Assembly (NCBI GenBank): GCA_951406725.2
Contig: OX597821.1
Span: 74,276,001 to 74,340,000 of the forward strand
DNA length: 64,000 bases
From: Octopus vulgaris
Taxonomy: Eukaryota
Direction of reading: 5' to 3'
Shown one piece after another: positions 12,916 through 26,929 of this stretch; within the stretch, counting starts at the first letter, position 1, and every line of letters starts with the position of its first letter. The notes below the pieces were generated by a model. The model ran no database searches and was not told the origin of the DNA. It saw only the letters and a program-made list of their open reading frames with translations. Position numbers and translations under genes: made by a program.

Positions 12916-13269
12916 GTGCTTGCGGTTTTGAGTGTTAGAAACAATTCGACTGAAATTTTGATACCTTCAGCATTTGAAAATTTTGACAAGACTACAATCG
13001 TATTTTCGGAGTCGCCGAATAACAGCTGTTTCATATCATATGTAATCGCCACAATATTTATGGTTTGGCGGGCAGACCAAGAAATCTTAACTATTTGGAG
13101 AGAGATTTTAAGTAATTTATAATTCACTGTAATTCAGGAACGCGTTCATTCCATTCCATCCGACACCCATTTAAAAGTGCTTCTTTACAAGAAACCTTTC
13201 AAGTGGAGGATGACATAGATTTTAGCATTTGTGCAGTGGACTCCGTACTTCAGTATATGTTTACAGACG

Positions 13270-13755
13270 TATTCTGTCTGGGGAGAGTCATTTTCTTTTT
13301 GTGCCTTATAATTTGACACATTCACCGGTAAATATTTCCACTTATTACTTATTTATATTTTCCGAAAATTTTCGTTGCGTCTTGTAACCTTCTCAAGAGT
13401 CTTGACTCTCTTCTTTTCTTAAAAATTGTGTACCGTCCTTTTTTTAGGCTGGAGTATGTTGCACAACATTCCCATGTGTGCATTGAGGAGTTTTTCCACT
13501 TTTTCATGTCCCTGTGGTGTAACTTCTCTCATGCTACTGATGTGTTGTTGCATGGTCTGGACATAGCTCTGTGGGCTGTCTATTGATAGTCTGCCAGATT
13601 TGTCTCTAGGAAGGTACACTAATTCTCTATTCCTAATCCGCTGTTTTAGTTTTTGTAGGCCTTTGTCAAATAAGAAGTAAGTGGATATTTTACCGGTGAA
13701 TGTGTAAAATTATAAGGCACAAAAAGAAAATTACTCTCCCCAGACATAACAGAAT
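13270..13755 (-). mobile_element. Penelope-like remnant: inverted arms (~13270-13352 / ~13668-13755) enclosing an RT N-terminal fragment (13419-13645)
   Basis: Arms ctggggagagtcattttctttttgtgccttataatttgacacattcaccggtaaa and reverse complement; peptide NRELVYLPRDKSGRLSIDSPQSYVQTMQQHI resembles the PLE [T/A]DK[S/G]G...Y motif upstream of RT. Confidence 0.7.
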
Positions 13756-14167
13756 ATGCTTCAACACACGAACTCATATAAAGAATCTTGCAAACCAAAT
13801 CCCAAAACGAAATATTTACAGACATAGATATATAGAAAGAAAAAATATATATAAAAACATATATATGTGTGTGAGTGAGTGAGAGAGAGAGAGAGAAAAT
13901 ATGTGTGCGGGCGTATGTACAAATACATACACTCTCACACACATGTATATTACGTAAATGTGAGATTAAGTTCTACATGGTTGCCGTCTCTACTAGAAGT
14001 CATAGCCAAGTCTCCTATAAACCGAAACCGCCGGACTTAAAATCTAAATGACACGTTAGCGAATATAGTCTGAGAAATATAATTTTAGAAAATGGCAAAG
14101 ATTTTGATAATGTAATCCATTTTGTCTGTGCGTGGTATGTGTTCTTGTCTACGCATGCGTTTCCATC

Positions 14168-14259
<92 letters not shown>

Positions 14260-14654
14260 TGCCTGTGTGCGCGCACGTTTCTATTTGTTAAGACCAAATG
14301 AGACAGAAACGGAAATAGAAAAACATACGAACAAAGGAATGAATAAATAAAAGACACATGTACAAACACTGTTGTTAGCAAACAAAACATCCGTACTTAA
14401 CAGATACGCGCACACTCACGCACACAGATACAGACGCAAATGCAAGACGCATGCGCAGACAAGGATATACACACTTTGATAATACTTTCGCTCGGTCAGG
14501 GCTACACAACAACGGGTTGTTAGAGAAGCCGCGTTATGGTTCAACCTCGTAAAAGCACAAGCCATATTTCCCAAAACACGTTCTAAAAGAGTGTCATTTC
14601 CAAATGACTGTAGACTATGAAGGTTAAGAACCATATATATATATATATATATAT

Positions 14655-14808
14655 GGCTGTGTCGCAAGTAGCTTGCTTACCAACCACATGTTTCCGGTTT
14701 CAGTCCCACTGCGTGGCACCTTGGGCCAGTGTCTTCTACTATAGCCTCCAGTCGACTAAAGCCGTGTGAGTGTGGATTTGGTAGACGGAAACTGAAAGAA
14801 GCCCGTCG

Positions 14809-14850
<42 letters not shown>

Positions 14851-15060
14851 TGTGTGTTTGTGCTTGTCCCTCTAACATCGCTTGACAACCGATGCTGGTG
14901 TGTTCACGTCCCCGTGACTTAGCGGTTCAGCAAATGAGACCGATAGAATAAGTACTAGTCTTACAAAGAAAAGTCCTGGAGGCCGATTTGCTCGACTAAA
15001 GGCGTTGATCCAGCATGGCAGCAGTCAAATGACTGAAACAAGTAGAAGAATAAAAATGTA
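14655..15060 (+). mobile_element. SINE family A
   Basis: Co-linear with 54564-54952. Confidence 0.9.
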
Positions 15061-15222
15061 AAAGATAACATACACACATATACTCGCCACATCCCTTTGT
15101 GTTGGTCGGGAAAACAAAGAGGTAACAGAATGTGTATGTGTGTGTGTGTGGTTATACGAAGGCTGCAAGCAGACGTGTAGGGGCATCCATGCGTCAGCAA
15201 TATGTTATTTGAGGCTATGTTG

Positions 15223-15280
<58 letters not shown>

Positions 15281-16350
15281 ATGATTTAATTAACACACCA
15301 CCAAGCTATAATAGTCATACATTTGTTTTGATGTATTTATGCAGTCGATTGTAGTAATTACATATAATTAGTCTTGTTGTGAATTATTCTGTGCTTACAA
15401 CATCCTTCGGTGATACACAAGTCCAGAGAATCACAGTTTTGTTCCTTCAAACACCAATTGCCAAATTTATACTTCTTTATAATTGATTTTTGCATATCGA
15501 TTGATCTGACTGCTAGAAAGAAATAGCAGAGAATGTAAGACGAAATGCCTGCTTCTGATTCGCTTTCAAATGAATGTGACACTAGTCTTTACTCGTCAGA
15601 AGCTGGTGCTTTCTCTAAGGTTTATCTCTCCATGTTATTTTAGGGCATGTTTTTGACACGTTTTTGAGAAATATTCTTATTTAAAAGTAATTTCAATATT
15701 TGGCGGGCTCGGTTATTTTCCTTTCTCATCGAGTGCTAAATCTTCGCCATCTTTATTGCAAATATTTAACTGATAAAATAAATATTTTCAGTAAGAAGTT
15801 GCGTTTAGGTCTGATTTGATAGGACCCAACAAGGTGAGACTTAAACTGATCGATACCTCCATGCTTAGCTAGTTAGTTTTTTAGAATGAATTTGAATATT
15901 TTAGAATGGTTTTCTGTTACATATAAATAATTCATTCAAGTTTTGTGTTACAAAAATTTTCATCGTTTACTTTCTCGTGCATTTATCGTTATACCAACTT
16001 CCCCTTTTTATGAACTTCCGATTCCAGGTTGTCACTCAGCCATGTCGCCTTGAGATGTTGCATGCCTTGTGTATTTAAACATGGCGGAACCTAACTTTGA
16101 TTTCAGTGGGGAGAATTTCTGCCAGAGTGACATTGAAAGAGACGAATCAATCCCAGCGCCGACTGGTTCTTTATTTATAAAGGACAAAGCTTACCTTGGT
16201 TAGATTTGTAATCAGAGCAGAAAGAGCCAGAACGAATATCGCAATGTAAAAGAAGTAGTAACCATATGTCGAAAATCACCTTATATCATCTTGAATGTGG
16301 AAGAGGCTACTTAACAGGATAAAATGGAATGGTGTACTTCATAGAATAAC

Positions 16351-16746
16351 TATTTCTACTCTTGGCACAAGGCCATGAACATTTTGTGTGAGGCGGGGTA
16401 GCCGATTATATCAACCCCAGTGCGTAACTGGTACTTATTTAATCGATCCCGCAAGGATGAAAGGCAAAGTCGACCTCGGCGGAATTTGAACTCAGAACGT
16501 ATCTGCAGACGAAATGCCCATTTCTATTTCTTTATTTCCCACAGGGGGCTAAACAGAGGGGACAAACAAGGACAGACAAACGGATTAAGTCGATTATATC
16601 GATCCCAGTGCGTAACTGGTACTTATTTAATCGACCCCGAAAGGATGAAAGGCAAAGTCGACCTCGGTGGAATTTGAACTCAGATCGTAACGGCAGACGA
16701 AATACGGCTACGCATTTCGCCCAGCGTGCAAACGTTTCTGCTTCCT
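16351..16746 (-). mobile_element. Dimeric SINE family B (Meta-like) with 18-bp TSD
   Basis: Two tandem copies of cccagtgcgtaactggtacttatttaatcga...aaggatgaaaggcaaagtcgacctcgg; flanked by tgtacttcatagaataac (16333-16350) and tgtacttcattgaataac (16747-16764). Confidence 0.88.
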
Positions 16747-17599
16747 TGTACTTCATTGAATAACAAGGAAAATATATAAGAAGGATTTAACAGATTTTAA
16801 AATAGAAGTTAGAGTTTTAATATTGTTAATTGTATTTAATCAGGATAAACATACGTAATGAGAAAGTGTTAAGTTCGTTCAAGTCTGAACCCAAAGTATT
16901 CCGGAGTCGTTAATGAGTAGGGACATATGAGATTTGATTTTCATTTTGGCTCTCTGTATTCTAAGTTCATATCACACCGAGCTCATCTTAGTTCTTTATA
17001 TTTCTAGGGTTGCTAAATATAGCTCAAGTGGAAGGCTGCAGCTCGTTATTGTTTGAGGGTTGGGAAAAGGTGCTGCCTTGTGGTATTTCTTCCGGTTTAA
17101 CAGCACTCTCTCCTCCTGGGTTCCTTTCGCATAGTTCGCTCTATTGCAAGCAATCGGAACAAATCTCCGTTTTGAGAATAATTCCCCCTCTAGATAAAGA
17201 AGCCTAGAAAATATAAAGTCATGCACACTGTCCGCTCTCCATTGCAGTCTGAGCAGTAAAAACAAAGTCGTATTGAATAATAAAAAGAAAAGCGCAATTT
17301 ATAAGGAATTTATCGATAAAAACAATTGCTGGTGAGTATTGCTCTTTAAGCTAAAAATGGAGAACAGTGATAAGAGAGATAGATAGATTGATAGATAGAG
17401 GGAGAGAGAGAACGTGTGATATGACCATATATCTAACACAGTGACATATATATCCATTTTAGTTGACCTTCACAGACATAGAAGTTCACAGATAAAAAAA
17501 CATAAACAAATGAATACATTCTATGATAATACTTAATGGAGGCTAAAATGTAAGCTGATATCACTTAACAAGTGCTGATCCATTTACTAAGATAAATAG

Positions 17600-19300
17600 A
17601 CAAAAACATGCCTTCTCTAAAACCAAATTTTGATAATCTTACATCCCTAACAACCGTTCGGAAATTATATGATTCCAGCGGTTAAAAAAACCCAAAACTC
17701 ATGAAAGTTAGGAATATTACTAACAACTTCAAAATGAACGTCGAAATAAAATAGACAAGTTTTTCAAAAAAGGAATATGGCGTTTGGAAATTCGGATACA
17801 TCCAAAGATTTTTATGAGATTGATAAACATGGCAGCGTTTGCCATCGAACTCATTTTCCAATAAATATAAGGAAGAATACTTATATTGCCTTAAATGATA
17901 TTAATAGTCGTTAGAAACATCGATACCGCCATGTTAGACGTGGAAGATAGAGTCGATATTTAAGCCACCCAACAACCGTATTTCATCTAAGAAAACTGTA
18001 ACTTTATCAATCACCCATTCACGAGACCTAAAGTCAGTTAAAGGGCGACATTTGAATTCTTGGTAAAAGTCTACTAGAAGCATCATGCAAAAAAAAAAGC
18101 AAAAAAGAAGGCAACCAAAGAAGTATCACTACTTATCGAGATAACAAGACATGCAGTACATTGCACTTTTTGGCATTTGAGAATATTACAAGCCGATAAC
18201 CAGACTCGTTTTTATTGCCACCATAAACTATGCCCATCCATTACGTCGACCAACGCTACGAAAATATTACCACATGATAGACAAACAATAATATATAACA
18301 ACAGACCGCTGTGGGTAATCATAGGCATAAAATATTCTACGGGAATTAGCCACCTGGTAGACCTGCTTATATTAGGATCTACATAAGAGCAGTTCCCTTT
18401 GTGTGTGGCGGTATATGTAAATGGATTATATCGATTTCTATCGTAACATGATCTGCAGGATGTTTTGTTTTTGATGCCGCGAAATCATTTATTAGCGGCG
18501 ATATTGCGGTTTCTTTATTCATATTACCTTTGTATGCATTATTTTCAAATAATCCAGACATGGCAAGTCTTAAACAAAGATAAACAGCACAACTTCAGAA
18601 TTCGCGTGAATACACTCTACACATAGGTAACAATTTCAACTAACACAGAAAATAATCACAAATATTATTGCTAGGATACACAAAAGAGCCACGAGTTATC
18701 CTCGGGCACCTTAAACAGAGTCGCCTCATAGTATTGTCATTTACGAATAGGAAGTGGCTTTATCGAGAAGTTACAATATATAGAAAGAAGAGATTTCCTC
18801 CTCTATAGCAGAGAAGAGCAAGAGAAGAGTAACCTTTTAAAGTTCAATTTATGAACTAATATCGCTAGAATATTAAAGTCATGAAAAGACATTTGCCACA
18901 GGAACACATATGCAGCAAACTTTCCAATACCCAAGAGCAACATCGTATCCCAAGACACGTATTAAATACAGCTACATCTTCTATTCACCAGCCAGTTAAC
19001 TACTAAACACATCCATCTCTTTATTCTGGTGATCCTGTTTTATCACAGTACAGACACATGTATAAGGTCTCTGGACATTTTCAAAAGCATTTACACAGAA
19101 CTCACACTGAACACTTTTAAATGTCGATATTACTACCATCAACACTCACTGTGAAAGATTGGTAGAAAAAAAAAACTCAGCACAATTGTCTCGGTTCGTT
19201 TGGAAACTCAGAGATCAATGAAAAGAGCTCAGTATTATGGAGTATCGGTGATAAAGCAAACCGAAAAACCGACCCAGTTGTTATGATGTGGATACGGCGT
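17600..19300 (+). pseudogene. Heavily decayed Penelope-like RT + GIY-YIG ORF (Neptune/Naiad-like)
   Basis: Fragments HDRQTIIYNNRPLWV and LVDLLIL (cf. HARKSLLFNN..PWxK...ELVGLYIL), FKSIYT (cf. FKxRY) and TQLSRFVWKLR (cf. TxLSxYIWxLK), in the expected order; boundaries approximate. Confidence 0.55.
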
Positions 19301-19519
19301 CAACTACTCATGAGATATAGACTTAACGATTGTGCGGATTTTTTTGCTTGAAATTCGGAATCGCTATGGAGTGAGTATATTTTACGTAAACGTGTGTGAA
19401 TGTGCGTGTGCGTGAATGAATATATGTGCAGCCACGTTTAAATACTCACAGATACACAAATACACACAAACACACACACACACATAAATACATATATATA
19501 TAGATATGTAGAGAAAACA

Positions 19520-19675
19520 GGGGACAACTGATGAAGGGATTTTTCTTTATGTTGCCTTTCTCGTTTTTCTATTTGTTTCTTTCGTTATTCAAAAATAAAA
19601 TTTCGTTTTCCATGTTTTTGTTGTTTTTATATTCTCGTTTTTCATTTTGTTCACGTTTTTGACGTCCTGTCCCCT
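19520..19675 (+). repeat. Copy of the PLE-associated terminal repeat also at 10730-10860 (-) and 59010-59108 (+)
   Basis: gacaactgatgaaggg...ttcgttttccatgttttt...attctcgttt(t/c)tcattttgtt...ttgacgtcctgt shared. Confidence 0.7.
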
Positions 19676-19756
19676 TATATGCATGTATATATGCATATAT
19701 ATGCAGGTATGTACATATAGGTATGTATATATGCATATATATATATATATATATGT

Positions 19757-19922
<166 letters not shown>

Positions 19923-19938
19923 ATATATATTAATATTA

Positions 19939-20172
19939 AGGGCGGCGAGCTGGCAGAATCGTTGGCACGCCGGACGAAATGCTTAGCGAAATTACGTCTG
20001 CCGTTACGTTCTGAGTTCAAATTCTGCCGAGGTCGACTTAGCCTTTCATCTTTTCGGGGTCAATTTAATAAATACCAGTTACACACTGGGGTCGATATAA
20101 TCGACTTAATCCTTTTGTCTGTCCTTGTTTTTCTCCTCTATGTTTAACCCCCTTTGGTTTATGAATAAATAA
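19939..20172 (+). mobile_element. SINE family B (Meta-like)
   Basis: ggcggcgagctggcagaatcgttggcacgccggacgaaatgc...gagttcaaattc...gcctttcatcttttcggggtc. Confidence 0.88.
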
Positions 20173-20224
<52 letters not shown>

Positions 20225-20238
20225 GTATGTATGTATGT

Positions 20239-20277
<39 letters not shown>

Positions 20278-20348
20278 CATACACACGCGTGCGCATACAT
20301 ACACAAAAAACACGCGTATATATATACTAACATATAAATGCACAGCGT

Positions 20349-20410
<62 letters not shown>

Positions 20411-21886
20411 GAATGAGAGATCTAAGTAGAGAAGTAGTTGTATATTATGAAAAGATTTGATCTTTAATTCATTACCAGTTCGGGAATTCCTCCCCAGAGT
20501 AATTTCCATTTTCTTTTCTCTGTCACTTGGTAGCGTTTACTTCAATAACTTGCAAAACCAACACATTGACTCGCTATTGCTTAATCGGACGCTTTAATAG
20601 TCATGTGTTATTGTAGTTTCTCTTATCCTTGGGACGTTATACATAAATTGAAGTAAATCAATAAATGGCTGCTTTTTATGACATTGCGCTTCTTTCTTCG
20701 TGTCGGATGCCGGACGGGTTGATGGGAACTCGAGAACGTAACATAATGCATGCGATTCAGATCCTGGTTATTAAAATGGATTTTAATTTCCATCCGAATA
20801 CATTCAATAGAAAACTAGCAAAATATATGATGAGATACTAAAAACCAAATTATATTCGAAATATATGCTTTTGATCATATTTTAGAATGGAGATAGATTT
20901 CCGTATAACAAACGTTGTTTTATTAACTACAAAATGTTGTTTTCTTCATTCATGAAGTCGGTTGTTCTAATAACGAAATCAGCTCAACATCATTATCGTA
21001 TTCAGTGATAAAATACAGCTGATTAGAATTCATAGCATATTGTTATGTTATATCATTGTTATTTGATAGTCATCCATTGCTGTATCATCTTCGGTAGTAT
21101 GTATGACCGCATAGATAATGTGCTGTATTACTTTTAAACCGGCAAATTGACAGTTCTTAGTTTATCGCTAGTTACATCTAATGTACCGGCGGTTGTGTCT
21201 CTTTATTCTTAAGCTGCAGCAAAACCAGTAAATAATGATAAGGTATCACCGTATGTAGAGGCAACACTTAAGAATTGCCGAGTGTTCCGTTAACCTGCCT
21301 CCCTGAGTTCAATTTGCTGATATGGTCTGCGGAGACGACGTAACTTTGAAACGAAGCTTCAAAGTTATCGTTCGAAACGCAGCTGAGCTCTTAAACAGAA
21401 GGGTTTGCCATTGAACTCACCTCTGATGTTCAGGTCTTTACTTATCAACCATCGGGCCAATATGAGGACCAAGTAGATCTTTAGACTTTACAGACCAGTG
21501 CCAGCTCACAGAACCTAAATGGAAATGTTATACACAACTATAGATGAGTACCACATCTATAAAATCAATGGCTGAGTACACGATCTACAAAACGATTGAT
21601 AAGCAACAGATCAATCCAAATTATTGGTAAGAATCAGAACGCCAGACGTACATAGAAGCTACAGTGTCTGTAGCCTGCACAGTCTATAGTTATCTTCCAT
21701 ATTTCCCTAAACAATAAAAACAATACCAGTCATGGAATAATATTGTTTTTTTTTCCTATCACGTAAATATTTCTTATATTAAAAAGTTTCAAACAACAAA
21801 TTCTAATATTTGCTTCTATTTTGTTACCAGGCTTGCCCTTAGTAAGGGTTGCAACATGTACATACATACATACATACATACATACA

Positions 21887-21922
<36 letters not shown>

Positions 21923-21944
21923 TGTATATATGTGTACCTCGTGT

Positions 21945-22132
21945 GTACCGTTGGCGATTTTTTTCCCTGTGTCTTCCCTTCTCTGGATCTTTCCTTCTCC
22001 TATGTTTCCGACGAAGAGCTCCGCTCGAAACGTTACGCCCTACTTCTTTCCTTCTTTCCTGAGTGTCCAATAATACTATATTTGTTCCACGACCTCGCGT
22101 TGTTGTGTTTTTTTGTGCTTTCTTGTTTGGAT

Positions 22133-22137
<5 letters not shown>
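21945..22137 (+). mobile_element. Short PLE-terminal-like repeat with degenerate hammerhead motif (22004-22035); related copy at 50915-51103
   Basis: gttt-CCGACGA-a-gagc-tcc-gctc-GAAA-cgtt; related copy tgttg-CCGAAGA-a-gag-ctttc-ctc-GAAA-tgta-aaaca; both begin gttggcgattttt and end ttaacta. Confidence 0.6.
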
Positions 22138-22168
<31 letters not shown>

Positions 22169-22301
22169 CATACACACATATATATATATATATATACATA
22201 TGCATACATATATATATAATTATATATATACACATACATACATACATACACACATATACATGAATATATATATATACATATATATATGTATATGTATATA
22301 C

Positions 22302-22341
<40 letters not shown>

Positions 22342-22554
22342 CGCTTCCGCATAGTTTCCGCCTAAAAGTTTACTTACAAGGCTTTAGTTAGTTTGGGGGA
22401 TGTGTCAAAAGGCACAGATGATGCTGTGCAATGGCAGTGAACCTATTAGCAGTGGGTGTAAAGCAAACTTCACGCATACACATCCATACCTGCGCCTTTA
22501 CATTTTAAATTATATCACGGTTTCCTTCATTACATTATAATTTTATATTCTTAT

Positions 22555-22658
<104 letters not shown>

Positions 22659-22660
22659 AA

Positions 22661-23186
22661 AAATTGGTACGACCACAAACCCGAAGGCATCATCGAAAAT
22701 GATAATGCAAAGATCTTGTGGGATTTTATGATTCAGTGCGACCATGAGATAGAGAATAGGAAGCCAGACATAGTGTTGAGAAAGAAAGCAAACTCTGCTG
22801 GTTCATAGATATAGCATGCTCAGCTGACAACAAGGTACACGATAAGGAAGAAAGAAATGTCGATAGATATGACAGATTAGCTTGGGGGGTTAAGCAGTTG
22901 TGGTCGATGAAAAAGGTGGTAGTAGTACTAATATTTGTGGGAGCCCTGGGAACAGCGAGGAAAAATCTTGAGAAGTACATGGAGCAAATAGGGGATGCAA
23001 TAAGGGTGGAGTACTTGCAAAAAACAGCACAGCTTGGAACCACTCGAATACTCCGGAAGATGCTCGAAAATAAGGGATGTTACCTTAGTTCATTGGTAGT
23101 GAACAGCTGAAACCGTAGCACATCTCCAGCGTTAGAAGCTGTGCCAAGGCAACAACAACAATAATGATAATGATAATAATAATAAC

Positions 23187-23188
<2 letters not shown>
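22661..23188 (+). mobile_element. 3' fragment of R4/Dong-clade non-LTR retrotransposon (restriction-like endonuclease) with (AAT/AAC)n tail
   Basis: NWYDHKPEGIIENDNAKILWDFMIQCDHEIENRKPDIV...FIDIACS...VVVVLIFVGALG...LQKTAQLGTTRILRKML (PD..D motif); preceded by (GAT)n. Confidence 0.88.
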
Positions 23189-23215
<27 letters not shown>

Positions 23216-23217
<2 letters not shown>

Positions 23218-23514
23218 GGAAGCGCAATGACCTAGTGGTTGGGGCAGCGGACTCGCGGTCGTAGGATCGCGGTTTCGATTCCCAGACTGGGCGTTGTGAG
23301 TGTTTATTGAGCGAAAACACCTAAAAGCTCCACGAGGCTCCGGCAGGGGGTGGTGATCCCTGCTGTACTCTTTCACCACTCTTTCTCCCACTCTTTCTTA
23401 TGTTGGCCTGCTCGCTTAGCCAGCGGGGTAGCGTCATTCGAAGGCTAAAACAATGTGAACGCATTGTGACCAGCGATGTGTAACTACATCTGATGGACTG
23501 GTCGGTCACGTGAT
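23216..23514 (+). mobile_element. SINE family C
   Basis: Homologous to 1375-1576 and 63458-63650; A box and B box present. Confidence 0.85.
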
Positions 23515-24352
23515 GGTGATATATATATATATATGTGTGTGTGTGTATATGTATCTAAATCGCATTTATGTAAATACAAAGAATTGGTGAATGAAAGCAA
23601 GTGCGATGGTGGCCACTTATATGCAGCACTAGGAATCCGATGAAGCTGAGCTCTCGTATTAAGTCTCTCCTGTATTTGTGCTCTGGACATAATTTAGCAC
23701 ATTATCTGTAAACTAATACAGCTCATTAAGAAGGAACCATTGCACAGAAGCAGGTAAAACGCCGGGAATATAATGTGTAATTCGTCATTATGGAGGACTG
23801 AAAGTTCAGACCCATTTTTTGAACCTGAAGTGGGGAAAATCTCGCTTACTTTATTACTTGAACTGTGGCCCGAGAGCTTACATTTTCCACATCTGATTTA
23901 CGATTAAATACGAACTTTGATAATCATTATGATTTCATGCATCGCGGGGTAGTTATTGTCTAACATTCCACCCATGCTGAAGTCACCAATCTTTCTACCC
24001 AACTCACTTTCCCTTTCCATGTATATGTCTATATGTGTTTAAACACGCACACACACACATATATACTAGTGTGTCTGTATATGTATATACAAATCTATAT
24101 AAATGCAAATATGCGTAGGCACTAGTTCCTACTTCGCATTGTGGAGTACAGTGCGCGTGGTTTCATTTCTGTTTCAATTTATGCACGTGTGTTTGTTAGT
24201 ATATTTCTGTTGGTCTGCCTCTGGTATAAGTATGTATGCATGTATGTATGTATGTATGCATACATACATACCTACATATATATATATATATAAGTATATA
24301 GCTGTTATTTTGTTCGTTAACAAACAGCTTATACCTGCGCATAAGGGTGTGT

Positions 24353-24390
<38 letters not shown>

Positions 24391-24775
24391 GAATATTCAA
24401 AGTGGCAAGTGCGGAATCTGTGAGGCTGGCGTTAAAAAGTAATTTTTTTTTTCTCTATTTTCTGTCATTTTTTGCGCATATCTGACCCATGTTTCGCTGA
24501 CTTTATATGCAAGTGCTATTAGCTGGCAGTAATCTTCATCTAAATTGCACAAATTCCCGCAGATAATCTCAGAGAACAAAAGAGCAGGAATTATGTAAAT
24601 TAGACCCTTACCCGCTACCATCGGTGGAGGGGGGGCGCACAACTCAATTAGAGCTTTCTATCACTATCTCTGCACACGTTTTGTTAATGAGGCAAAACTA
24701 TTTCAGGATATTACGTGTATTAAGTGAGAGTGCCGATATAAACATGTGTCCACGAATGTGCTTCATATATTTATA

Positions 24776-24829
<54 letters not shown>

Positions 24830-26751
24830 GGTGTGTATATGTGCATTTGTACATATGTGTGTGTGTGCATTATTTGTGTCGTTGAAGTCATTACATCCTC
24901 TCACGAGCAAAAAAGTAATGCATTTCCACTTTGATGTCATTCTTAAATATTTTTGTTGTTGCTGTTGTTGTTACTGCTGTTTTATTTATTTATTTATTTT
25001 ATTTTTTTTTTTTTTTATATTTGTTATTTTAGTTATGGTTGTTTCTATCGATGTTGAGTGATTGCAAGCGGGAGAGTTGGGGGACGTGAGCAAAACTGGG
25101 GGAGAGAGTGAAAGGGGGCGAGGAAGAAAGAGAGAGAAAGAGTGAGAATGAGAAAAGGAGAAATGGAGAGAGTTGTAGCAGGGAGAGGGGGGTCTGTGGA
25201 CTCCAATTTTGGAGTTTAACATTTGGTGGTTTCTGTGTTAAATGAATCGTCAAATAAGTAAAAAAAAATTCTTCCTGCTTTATGCTTTATAATTATTATT
25301 ATTATTATTATTATTATTATTGTTATTATTATTGTTGTTATTATTATTGTTATTATCATCATCATTATTATGTCATTCTTTAACAAGCGATGTATTTTAG
25401 GAGATATGTGCAAATGTCAAACAGGGAATTCATAATTCTGATCTAAATGTCTTCAATGATCAATTGCAACAACTACGTAACAGCAGCAGCAGCAGCAGCA
25501 ACAACAACAGCCACTTAAATAAGTAAATAAATAAAAACAACAGATGCACCATATACAACAACAACAACAACAATTAATTTCTTTTAATGTTGACAGAAGG
25601 CCGGGAACATCAATGGTCGTAGTGTTTGTCTCTAAACACCGTATATAGCTGGTATTTATTTTATCAATTACAAAAAATGCTGAGACATGATATTGAATAT
25701 TGCTCATACTTATCTGAAGGATATCAATGATGTTCAATGCTACAGTTGAAAACATAAATTAGTTAAGCTATTCGACATTAGATTACCGAGAAACTTAATA
25801 TGGCTGAAGTCGGTTTATAATTGAGGACGTTGTCTTCATTCGCCTCGAGTGCAAATTATTTCTGAGCGGTATATAGTCATTTCTGCTTGTGTTCTTTCAA
25901 TTGGTAAGGAGAATAGGTACCTAATTTTCGTCTGTCGATCGTTATAGACAAGTTATTGAGTCAAGAAAGCTATTTATCTCTATCGTGTGGCAAGAAACCA
26001 ACTTTCCTAATCATATCGTGGTATTTTAACTCTCACATTTCTACACGAGTGCAAACTATTGATGTTAGACTTTTGCGTGTCTAGAGAAACATATTCTCTA
26101 TTGAAAATAATATGTGTTTTAAAACAAGATCTTTATAAAATCAATCTTTCCAGAAATAGGATTAAGAGTAGCGTCATCAAACGGTGCAACACAATACAAG
26201 ATGGTGAAATATAGCGCAAATTGTGGAAAATGTTGGCTGGTTCTGTAAAGCCTTAAGTGTAGAAAAGACACGCAAGATCTTCGTTTAAATTGAAGACAAT
26301 TGATATAAATTAGGTAATTAGTTCTTATCGATAGATAAATTCATATCAGTGTGAATTATAAATCAAAAATGAATGTAAAGCAAAAGATATTTGCATACAA
26401 TGGAGAGGAACCCGACTGCAAAATACAGATTGTAGTTTCTCTGTTATATAAGCTCCCTCACATGTCAGAAAGGTTTCATGCAAAACTGACCTGAGTAACC
26501 ACAGCTCAGAGCAGTCATGTCAAATTCTCAAAGTATATTTGTGCTAGGTTAAGTGTAAGGATCAAAGCGCTGAAGGCTAAGGATGGAGTCTTACTGAATT
26601 TCTATAAACTGACATACTCTCTTGACCAATTCAAGTTAATATCTGCCAATCCCATTGTGATGGTCTCCTGCTTCACAAATAATACAAAAAACTCGGAGAT
26701 ATTTAGCTATATGCTAAACCGAATTCAACAAATGCTAAGAAAACTCTAGTC

Positions 26752-26798
<47 letters not shown>

Positions 26799-26829
26799 TC
26801 TTCTTCTTCTTTTTCTTCTTCTTCTTCTT

Positions 26830-26916
<87 letters not shown>

Positions 26917-26929
26917 ATTATTTATAATG

